13,828 nt of DNA from an uncultured Oligoflexus sp. Lineage in GTDB: Bacteria > Bdellovibrionota_B > Oligoflexia > Oligoflexales > Oligoflexaceae. The DNA lies in the NCBI GenBank assembly GCA_964236955.1, contig CAXSGP010000113.1, positions 1-13,828 of the forward strand, given 5' to 3'. The notes beneath the pieces were generated by a model. It was not told the DNA's origin. It did no database searches and saw only the letters and a list, made by a program, of their open reading frames with translations. A program made the translations under genes and the position numbers. Positions within the stretch are counted from its first letter, which is position 1. Each line of letters begins with the position of its first letter. Below, piece after piece: positions 1-7,378 of this stretch.

Positions 1-10
1 GTAAAGTCTG

Positions 11-1186
11 ATGTTGAATATTTTTCATCCTCTTCCACCAAACAAATTCCTGAATGACTACTTTGAAAAGGAACCTTTGTACATCGACCGATCTGGTAAC
101 CCGCATTTTAGTGGACTAATCTCGAGTACGGATTTCGATAGATATTTCAATCGTAAATTACGAACTTCTGACATAAGACTAGCGAAATATGGCGAAACCA
201 TTTCTCCATATGATTACACTTTTGAAAAATCGCCAAAAGCTCAGCAAACGAAAGCAGATGACTTGCTGGTTGATGTGGCAAAAATTTTGAGCTTATACAG
301 CCGTGGTTATACCGTCGTGGCCCAAGATATAGATTCTCTGAATGATGCGTTGCCAAAGCTGGCGCAAGAATTAGAGAGACTTTTCTTCGGCACAGTCGTC
401 ATGAATGCATATCTTACTGCAGGAAATGCTCAGGGATTTCCATCTCACGTTGATGATCATGATGTCCTTATTTTGCAGTTTCAAGGGTCTAAAGATTGGA
501 TTGTAAATGGCCAATCTAAGGAGCTTTCATCCGAATCATATAAAACTGAAGAGAATCTTGATATTAAATGGAAAGGCACCTTAAAGTCAGGTGATATTCT
601 ATACATTCCAAGAGGATATCCTCATTCGGCCAAGACGGGATCGGAATCGTCTGGGCATTTGACAATTGGAATATACACACCAAAGGTCGAAGATTTTCTA
701 AAATTCATAATTAATGAAAAGTCCCATTCAGATGTTCGATATCGTCATAGCATGGCAACCAAACTTCAAAATGAATATTATTTGATCCCTTCGGATGCTT
801 TTGCAGATCTAACTAAAATCTTGCAAGACAATCAGGAAATCTCGCTGTTTCTTAGAAAATATGAACGAAAAATAATTTCCGAGCGCCGTTCCAGGCCTTT
901 GGGAGCTTTTCTTGAGATCGAGAAAATCCGCGAGATCAACCTCGAAACAATTGTACAGCACAAGCCAAATATTTTTAAAAAATTCGAAGTAGCAAAAACG
1001 TCATCAATCATCCACTTCGAAGGGACTTCGATCACGTTCCCGAATGCTTTGCACGAAATGGCTTTGTATTTATTCGATTCAGCTGAATTTTCTGTAAACA
1101 ATATCCCTTCCAAAATCCCGTTGAAGGAAAAAATCGAGATTGTCAAGAAGCTGATAAGCGACGGATTCCTTGTCATAAAAAAATAG
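11..1186 (+). CDS. JmjC/cupin (Cupin_4, NO66/MINA53/RoxA-like) Fe(II)/2-oxoglutarate-dependent oxygenase
   Basis: 391-aa ORF. NAYLT..AQGFPSHVDDHDVLILQFQGSKDW carries the HxD iron ligands and the 2OG-binding Lys. GDILYIPRGYPHSA supplies the distal His. The C-terminus (..EKIEIVKKLISDGFL) resembles the winged-helix end of ribosomal-oxygenase-family proteins. The ATG at 11 overlaps a TGA at 9-11. Confidence 0.88.
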   Translation: MLNIFHPLPPNKFLNDYFEKEPLYIDRSGNPHFSGLISSTDFDRYFNRKLRTSDIRLAKYGETISPYDYTFEKSPKAQQTKADDLLVDVAKILSLYSRGYTVVAQDIDSLNDALPKLAQELERLFFGTVVMNAYLTAGNAQGFPSHVDDHDVLILQFQGSKDWIVNGQSKELSSESYKTEENLDIKWKGTLKSGDILYIPRGYPHSAKTGSESSGHLTIGIYTPKVEDFLKFIINEKSHSDVRYRHSMATKLQNEYYLIPSDAFADLTKILQDNQEISLFLRKYERKIISERRSRPLGAFLEIEKIREINLETIVQHKPNIFKKFEVAKTSSIIHFEGTSITFPNALHEMALYLFDSAEFSVNNIPSKIPLKEKIEIVKKLISDGFLVIKK

Positions 1187-1200
1187 CCATTGAGGATTTT

Positions 1201-2589
1201 ATGGATTTTCAAATTTATTATTTGGGCGTTGCAATAGCACTTATTTGTGCGTGTTCAAAACCTGTAGAACAAAATAGAAACTTCAAAATCGATTCTAAGG
1301 GCGAAATATCCTATGCAGAGGGTTCAATTTCTTCCGAAGACCTGATTGATCTCCATCATGAAATTATTCGTACCCATGAGGCGCACAATATCATCGAGGG
1401 TGAAGGTGTAGTAGTGGCGGTCACTGATGATGGCGTAGACTACAATCATAGCGATCTTCGAATGTCGATTTGGAACAATATTGGCGAGCAAGGCTTAGAT
1501 TCCATCGACCTCGATAAATCTTTAAATGGCAAAGATGATGACAGCAATGGTTATATAGACGACTTTCATGGATGGGATGTGCTTAGAAATGATAATGATC
1601 CAAAGCCTGAATACTTTTTCTATCGACATGGAACTTTTGTAGCAGGGGTTATCTCAGCTAATACTCTATCTCAAGACGGCGCAATAGGTATCGCTCCAAA
1701 AGCGAAGATAATGGCGATAAAATTCGTTTCAGGATCTCGCTGGAGTTCAGAAGATGTATCTCAAGCTTACCATTATGCGGTCGATAATGGTGCCCGAATT
1801 ATCAACACAAGTTATGATATAGATGTTTATGCGCACGATCAAATTTTTCAAAATGCACTGAATTACGCCTATCAAAATGGAGTCCTCGTAATAAATTCAG
1901 CCGGCAACGACAATGTCAAAGACCCACCTCGTCAGGTTTTCGATAAGCTTTTGCTCGTAACGGCAACCGGAAGCGGGACTAATCTGGACAAACTGATGCC
2001 GGGAGCTAACTACGGACGGGGTATTGATATTTCCGCTCCGGGGCAAGCCCGCTCAACCGTCCCGAACGGAAAATACGCAACATTGGCGGGAACTAGTTTC
2101 GCTGCTGCAATGGTTTCGGGTGTCGCTGCTTTAATATGGTCCCAGCACCCCGAGTACACCAGAGACCAAGTTGTTGCCCAGCTCCTTGGTACGACGGATT
2201 CAATAGACTCAATCAATCCTCTGTATTTTGGTCAGATTGGTTGCGGAAGAATCAATGCATTGAAGGCCGTTTCAAATCGACCTATTCCTCCCAGAATTGA
2301 AAATCTCCATATTGGAGCTGATCGATCAAAAAAAATCTTAACAGTCACAATCAGAGGGACCCTCTCCCCATCCTCGTTGACTAAAGGCAATATCAAAATT
2401 CTTGATCCTGAAGGCCGGACTGTTCCTTATACATTTGAGGGTCAATATTTCGTGGGTGCAAATGAAATCCGAATTGGTTTGCCTGAAACTCACTTGAACG
2501 GACAATACGAAATATTCTTTCAAGATGTTGTTGATCCATTTGGGCAGCCCGCGCAAATTGAATCGTCTCCCGTTTTTATAGTTGACTAA
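1201..2589 (+). CDS. S8 family (subtilisin-like) serine peptidase, probable lipoprotein, with C-terminal Ig-like domain
   Basis: Catalytic motifs: Asp VVVAVTDDGVD, His HGTFVAGVI, oxyanion Asn NSAGND, Ser GTSFAAAMVSG. Typical acidic insert NGKDDDSNGYIDDFHGWD. Hydrophobic N-terminus ends in lipobox-like ICAC (Cys18). RBS GAGGA at 1192-1196. The last ~100 aa are beta-rich. Confidence 0.93.
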   Translation: MDFQIYYLGVAIALICACSKPVEQNRNFKIDSKGEISYAEGSISSEDLIDLHHEIIRTHEAHNIIEGEGVVVAVTDDGVDYNHSDLRMSIWNNIGEQGLDSIDLDKSLNGKDDDSNGYIDDFHGWDVLRNDNDPKPEYFFYRHGTFVAGVISANTLSQDGAIGIAPKAKIMAIKFVSGSRWSSEDVSQAYHYAVDNGARIINTSYDIDVYAHDQIFQNALNYAYQNGVLVINSAGNDNVKDPPRQVFDKLLLVTATGSGTNLDKLMPGANYGRGIDISAPGQARSTVPNGKYATLAGTSFAAAMVSGVAALIWSQHPEYTRDQVVAQLLGTTDSIDSINPLYFGQIGCGRINALKAVSNRPIPPRIENLHIGADRSKKILTVTIRGTLSPSSLTKGNIKILDPEGRTVPYTFEGQYFVGANEIRIGLPETHLNGQYEIFFQDVVDPFGQPAQIESSPVFIVD

Positions 2590-2597
2590 GGGTTCTT

Positions 2598-4061
2598 ATG
2601 CAAAATCAAAGCCTTCGGTTCTATTTTGCAATCATTGCGATAATTGTAATCATTTTTGCATCGCTCGTTGCGATGCACATTTATTCTGTACAGGTTTTCC
2701 GCAAGTCGCAGTCGAAGGATCTTGCTGATACGATTCGCAGCGACTTAGTGATGGGCGACAGGGCAAACGCACTGCGAATACTTGCAGCACGAATCGGGCC
2801 TGATAAGAATTTTGTTTCCATAATCTTGCATGAAATTGATGAAAATGAATCATCGTTGGTGGCTGATCGATATGGAGATCGGTTCATTGAACAGGGAGTT
2901 GAGAACTACCTATTTTATGGTCAAGTCGAGATTCCAATATTCTTTGATAAAGATATGCAACATAAATATGGGCATTTAAGTTTTTACTTCGATAGATTCG
3001 TTAATTTTTCTTTTGCTTTTATTATTTGGGCGGTGCTTTCTGTTGTGGTGATTGTATTTGCCTCTCGGCAAAGATTTATTTTCCGCTTGGATATGGAAAA
3101 AAAGATCATTGCCAGAAAGAATGAAATGATAGCTCAGATGACGCAGATGATTTCTCACGATCTACGTGCTCCATTGAGTAGTTTTGAAAGGCTGTTGCAT
3201 TTACCTTTCGAAACTCAGATCGCCAGTTTTCGAGAGTCTCTGAATGAATCATGGCATCGACTTAATGCAATGATCGAATCTATTCGATATATTGATTCGG
3301 AAACCCTGGTACTTAAGAAAGAGGCATCCTTAAGTTTTTCCACAGGTTCCCAAGGATTGACAGCAAAGGCTGAGGCTCGAAATTTGACTATTGATTTTCC
3401 AGTAGATTTTCGTCAAGCAGTGAATCTGGATCTACCTAAATTTGAAAGAGCATGGATCAATCTCGTTTCCAATGCGATCGATTTTGCCAAATCAGAAGTA
3501 GTTATTCACATCGAGACGATCGATGACGAATTAATCTTGCGTGTCATTGATGATGGCCCGGGTGTCCCCGGTGACTTTCTGCCCAAACTTTTCCAACGCG
3601 GCGCAACTTACGGCAAAGAAGATGGAACTGGCCTCGGCCTTGCATATGTAAGGCAAATCATGCGAGGGCATGGTGGCGACGTCACCTATAGACGTGAAAA
3701 CGGGCTTACTGTACTTGAGTGCAGAGTCCCCAACGCAGTTGAACCGGAGGAGCAGCAAGCAATGGAAAATGTAGCATCTTTGGAGCTAAGACTGCTCCAA
3801 AAAAGCGTGCGTACCGTCGCGATTTGCCTGGAACCAGAGAATCTATCGACGTCGATTTGCAAGGCACTGGCCTCCCATAAATCCGAAGATTTTCAATTTT
3901 CCGAGGAACGCAATGGTGCGCAGATTGTTGTTTCAAACATAGATGCAATAATGTTCGAAGTCATGGATTTGGATGGACAGGAGTTTATCCATATATCACG
4001 TCAATGGAACGACGAATCTATGATCCTGGACCTGCTGGTCCGCAGGTTCACTCTTTCCTGA
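2598..4061 (+). CDS. Membrane-bound sensor histidine kinase (2 TM, ~100-aa periplasmic domain, HisKA, HATPase, C-terminal extension)
   Basis: TM1 FYFAIIAIIVIIFASLVAM and TM2 FSFAFIIWAVLSVVVIVFA. H-box ISHDLRAPL, N-box NLVSNAIDF, G1 DDGPGV, F-box LFQRG, G2 GTGLGLA. Confidence 0.95.
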   Translation: MQNQSLRFYFAIIAIIVIIFASLVAMHIYSVQVFRKSQSKDLADTIRSDLVMGDRANALRILAARIGPDKNFVSIILHEIDENESSLVADRYGDRFIEQGVENYLFYGQVEIPIFFDKDMQHKYGHLSFYFDRFVNFSFAFIIWAVLSVVVIVFASRQRFIFRLDMEKKIIARKNEMIAQMTQMISHDLRAPLSSFERLLHLPFETQIASFRESLNESWHRLNAMIESIRYIDSETLVLKKEASLSFSTGSQGLTAKAEARNLTIDFPVDFRQAVNLDLPKFERAWINLVSNAIDFAKSEVVIHIETIDDELILRVIDDGPGVPGDFLPKLFQRGATYGKEDGTGLGLAYVRQIMRGHGGDVTYRRENGLTVLECRVPNAVEPEEQQAMENVASLELRLLQKSVRTVAICLEPENLSTSICKALASHKSEDFQFSEERNGAQIVVSNIDAIMFEVMDLDGQEFIHISRQWNDESMILDLLVRRFTLS

Positions 4062-4071
4062 GAGAAGGCAA

Positions 4072-5517
4072 ATGTTCACGAATCGAAAAATTCTGTTTAT
4101 CGAAGACGATAAGGTCGAAATCCGCAGCATTTCTGGACTGTTGAAAGCTCTTGGCGCGGACTTCACGCATGCAGCCACCGTACCTGATGCCTTGCGGGAG
4201 CTGACTCTCCATCCTTTTGATTTCCTTCTGACCGATATGCATATCGATACCCGGGCGGGTTTCGAGCGTCCAGATGGTCTGGCCGTGATCAAAGCTGCCA
4301 CCGAGCAGCAGCCAAACATAACGATCGTCGCGACATCCAGCGATCCACGAACCGAAATCGTAAACGACGCGCTGGCTGCGGGCGCTCATCATTTCATCAG
4401 AAAGCCGCTTTCCAAATCCGATGAGATCGAGATTGCTTTCCGGTTCGCGAATGAGCGCAGAAAAATGGTCGGCGAGGTCGACAAGGCTTCCCGGAAAGAG
4501 AAGCCTTCCGGTCGCTGGGAAAAATTCGCTAAACTTTACCCTTACGGTATCGTTCTTGGCGACCGCGAGCAACGAATTGCCCGGCTTGCAGCCAAAAAGC
4601 GGGCCTCATGCGTCATCACCGGTGAAACCGGCACAGGCAAAGAAGAGGCGGCAAAACTGATTCACCGGATGCGCTGCGAGGAAGAAGGGTCGATCCCCTT
4701 TGTCGCTGTGAACTGCGCGACGGTTACGGGCAATCTTGCTGAGTCTATCCTGTTTGGCCACAAGAGGGGTGCTTTTACGGGGGCCGACGAAGCAACCACG
4801 GGATATATTGCGGAGGCCGATCGCGGCATACTTTTTCTCGATGAGATCCAGACACTATCCATTCCGGTCCAGCAAAAACTGTTGCGGGTATTGAACGACG
4901 GCACCTATAACCGGCTTGGCGAAACCAAAACACATCGCAGTCAGTTTCAGTTGATCGTGGCATCCACTAAAGAGCTTAGTAAGGAAGTGGCTGAAGGGCG
5001 GTTCCTGATCGACATCCAGATGCGTATGATGGGCCTCGATCTCGACATCCAGGCGCTTCGCGATCGTCCGCAGGACATCCCGGCGCTTGTCGCGCTATTC
5101 TTATCACGCAAAAATATCACGCTCGACGATGGCGGCTTCAACGCCCTCGTGTCAAAGCTCCAGTCCTTCCAATGGTCGGGAAATATCCGCCAGCTGTATA
5201 AGAGCCTCGAAGCCTGGCTTTTGAATTGTGAGCTTGACGGACTTCCGTTCGTTGCCGGGAACTTCCCTATTTTCAAAGATCTACAGCCCATTTCCACAGT
5301 CCTTAAACAATCTGCAACTGAGTTACGGATGGGAGAAATAAGCTTTGACGCTGTCCTTGACGTGGACACGGATTTAGATGAGGTGGTTGGTCATTTTGAG
5401 AGAACTCTCCTGGCCAATGCTCTCAAGCGTCATGCTTCTATCGGCAGCCTCTCGCGAGCAATGAATCTTCCTCGGTCGACTCTCGATGCCCGCCGCAAAA
5501 AGTATGACCTCCCATGA
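4072..5517 (+). CDS. Sigma-54-dependent response regulator (NtrC-family enhancer-binding protein: REC, AAA+, Fis-type HTH)
   Basis: Receiver: ILFIEDD, phospho-Asp LLTDMH, FIRKP. Walker A GETGTGKE, ESILFGHKRGAFTGA, Walker B ILFLDEI, sensor II WSGNIRQL. C-terminal HTH SLSRAMNLPRSTL. Starts 10 bp after the kinase stop. Confidence 0.96.
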   Translation: MFTNRKILFIEDDKVEIRSISGLLKALGADFTHAATVPDALRELTLHPFDFLLTDMHIDTRAGFERPDGLAVIKAATEQQPNITIVATSSDPRTEIVNDALAAGAHHFIRKPLSKSDEIEIAFRFANERRKMVGEVDKASRKEKPSGRWEKFAKLYPYGIVLGDREQRIARLAAKKRASCVITGETGTGKEEAAKLIHRMRCEEEGSIPFVAVNCATVTGNLAESILFGHKRGAFTGADEATTGYIAEADRGILFLDEIQTLSIPVQQKLLRVLNDGTYNRLGETKTHRSQFQLIVASTKELSKEVAEGRFLIDIQMRMMGLDLDIQALRDRPQDIPALVALFLSRKNITLDDGGFNALVSKLQSFQWSGNIRQLYKSLEAWLLNCELDGLPFVAGNFPIFKDLQPISTVLKQSATELRMGEISFDAVLDVDTDLDEVVGHFERTLLANALKRHASIGSLSRAMNLPRSTLDARRKKYDLP

Positions 5518-5889
5518 GCCTCATGACGATCTGAGGGAAATTCCCAAATGGTGACGCCTCCAGAGTGGGTTCTAATTCACACCCTGCTTTGCATCATTAC
5601 TGAAAACCTCCAATTTTCTTGAGACTAACGTGTCAAGCGGAACTTCAGCCCCGGGGTGGCATCCAGGGCTTAAACTCCGATGGAACTAAATATTCAGATA
5701 CAGAATAAGGACGAGATCTGGCTCAGCGCAAGCTTGGCATTCGACGGAATTATACTCTTTCTGTATACAGACTGATCCTAGAATTTATTGATGATCACCA
5801 ACACTCACAACATCTCGCTGCCAAACCGTCCGGTGCATTTATATCAGATCAAAACAATTTGAACACATCCCATTTTTTCTTCCAAAAAA

Positions 5890-5930
5890 TTTTCCTGAAT
5901 ACCTGAATGTATTTCTTCAAAAACCTGAAC
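5890..5930 (+). promoter_or_regulatory. Candidate upstream activator (enhancer) sequence for the sigma-54 promoter at 5992
   Basis: Three CCTGAA hexamers start at 5894, 5902 and 5924. TGAA-N8-TTCA inverted repeat at 5904-5919. TGAATGTATTT (5904-5914) recurs as TGAAAGTATTT upstream of the second promoter. Confidence 0.5.
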
Positions 5931-5991
5931 AGAATCATATATTCCTCCGAATAAAATCTGATTAGTTAAATGAAATCATGGCATTAATCAA

Positions 5992-6007
5992 TGGCATGCA
6001 TCGTGCA
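5992..6007 (+). promoter_or_regulatory. Sigma-54 (-24/-12) promoter for the peptide/M29/radical SAM operon
   Basis: TGGCATGCATCGTGCA: GG(5993-5994)-N10-GC(6005-6006), a close match to TGGCACG-N4-TTGCW. It lies ~60 bp upstream of the 6066 start, follows an AT-rich spacer, and is next to a GAFTGA-containing activator gene. Confidence 0.8.
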
Positions 6008-6065
6008 TTATACCGATCGTCAGCACAATAGTTAAGCTGAAAAAAATATTTAAGGAGCTTTTAGA

Positions 6066-6305
6066 ATGGACATTAAAGGACTGTTTTTAGGTACCGTGAT
6101 GGCGACTTCTACTTTCACTTCCGCGATCCACGCCGAAACCAAAGAAGCACCAAGCAAAAGCGCTAGCGAACTTGGCCTCAGCGAGAAAGATTATCAGGAT
6201 TTCGTGAAGGCCCTTGATTCTGTTCATGAGACCAAACTGTCTGATGGCGATCTGGTAGCTTGGAACATTCTGAACTACGAATGCAAAGGCGAAATGGAAG
6301 CCTGA
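6066..6305 (+). CDS. Small secreted peptide; candidate RiPP precursor or peptide signal (79 aa)
   Basis: Strong RBS AAGGAG at 6052-6057. Sec-type signal peptide MDIKGLFLGTVMATSTFTSAIHA (K n-region, A-I-H-A cleavage site). Acidic helical middle with LSEKD and LSDGDL motifs. Tail WNILNYECKGEMEA contains W, Y, C and N. First gene after the sigma-54 promoter, upstream of the radical SAM gene. Confidence 0.8.
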   Translation: MDIKGLFLGTVMATSTFTSAIHAETKEAPSKSASELGLSEKDYQDFVKALDSVHETKLSDGDLVAWNILNYECKGEMEA

Positions 6306-6343
6306 AGTTTTCGGCATTAACCAAAAAATTCTTAGAGGATTTT

Positions 6344-7366
6344 ATGCTTGCACCGCAGATCGACATCTATCTCAAAGATTATCTAGGGATAAACGACAGT
6401 TCACGCGTTTTGTTCATTTCAACTTTCCCAAAAGATGGTCTCCTTGCGATGGTTATCGATCGAAGTGCAGACATTTCGACGGTCACCGACTACAAGCATA
6501 GTTCGGCTGTTGATTCAGAAAAGCTCGTAGATCTTTTTTTTGGTTACGATGTAATTTCCTTTATTTCGGAAAAATCTTCCATTTTTCCGAAGGAAACAAG
6601 AGCTGCACTGAAAAGTCTAGAGGGCGGTACAATCAATGCCTATCGAACTTTTGACTTTTCAGAAGCTCTATTTGAAAATTGCTTCAATATCCCAAAAGTT
6701 GAACTCAAGTCTACGAATGATAAACTTATTCAATTGCTTCGTGGTGCAAAAAATATCTTTGTTCGGAGCGGAATAGGAACGGATTTACGTATAAAAGTAG
6801 ACCCGCGATTTTTGGTGATTAATTCTTGCGGCGACCACGCAGCCGGCTATCCCGGAACCTTGCCACCATCTGAGATCGCAACCTGCAGTGACTTTCTGGA
6901 AGGACAAATGGTAGTTGACGGCGCTGTGAATGGCAATTTCCGTCTTTTCGGCGACATTACCTTGGATAAAAACCCATTGACTGTTCGATTTAAAAAAGAC
7001 GAAATTGTATTTGCTCACTGTGATAATAAGGTTGTAGAAACCCAGGTTCATAATTTTCTTCAGCTCGAAAACGCCCGGAAAGTTGGCGAGGTCGGTATCG
7101 GCACCAATTATGGCCATCGCGGATTCATTGCCGTGAATTCCCATATCAATGAAAGATTCCCTTCTCTTCATATTGGACTCGGGGCACACAATCAAAACGA
7201 AACGAAATTGGATTGGACTTGTTCCAAACATCTGGATTTGATCCTGGGGCATTGTGATGTCTTTTTCGACGATCGCCTTGTGCTGCGTGATGGTCAATTT
7301 TTACTCGACGACATTGTCATCGACCCCGTTGACTTTCGCGGCGATGCTTTCATGGACGTCTTTTGA
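6344..7366 (+). CDS. M29 (aminopeptidase T/II-like) metallopeptidase-fold protein, 340 aa
   Basis: Start reassigned to ATG 6344 (RBS GAGGA at 6335-6339, no overlap with the peptide gene). Motifs: SGIGTDLRI, TLPPSEI, VVDGA, VGEVGIGTN, INERFPSLHIGLG, KHLDLI. These place Glu, Glu, Glu, His, His, Asp at the expected dinuclear metal-ligand positions of M29 enzymes. Confidence 0.82.
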   Translation: MLAPQIDIYLKDYLGINDSSRVLFISTFPKDGLLAMVIDRSADISTVTDYKHSSAVDSEKLVDLFFGYDVISFISEKSSIFPKETRAALKSLEGGTINAYRTFDFSEALFENCFNIPKVELKSTNDKLIQLLRGAKNIFVRSGIGTDLRIKVDPRFLVINSCGDHAAGYPGTLPPSEIATCSDFLEGQMVVDGAVNGNFRLFGDITLDKNPLTVRFKKDEIVFAHCDNKVVETQVHNFLQLENARKVGEVGIGTNYGHRGFIAVNSHINERFPSLHIGLGAHNQNETKLDWTCSKHLDLILGHCDVFFDDRLVLRDGQFLLDDIVIDPVDFRGDAFMDVF

Positions 7367-7378
7367 GGAGAGGGCCTT

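Noticed and set aside
11..1186. Gene symbol roxA/ycfD
   Set aside because: The family is recognisable but orthology cannot be shown from motifs, and the context suggests a different substrate.
5760..5771. LexA (SOS) box
   Set aside because: CTGT and ACAG are separated by 2 bp, not the 8 bp of the gammaproteobacterial consensus.
5979..5994. Alternative sigma-54 site at TGGCATTAATCAATGG
   Set aside because: No GC at the -12 position (GG-N10-TG). The site at 5992 fits.
6237..6260. Double-glycine leader cleaved by a C39 peptidase
   Set aside because: The LSxxDL motif is not followed by GG/GA/GS, and no peptidase-containing ABC transporter is in the window.
6261..6302. Assigning the peptide as a darobactin or dynobactin precursor
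   Set aside because: Only the W-N dipeptide matches. There is no WxWxK-type core, the radical SAM lacks the long N-terminal region and full SPASM of DarE, and the exporter is RND rather than ABC.
6260..6343. ORF-track start (TTG 6260) for the M29 protein
   Set aside because: It overlaps the peptide gene and has no RBS. ATG 6344 has GAGGA 4 nt upstream of the start.
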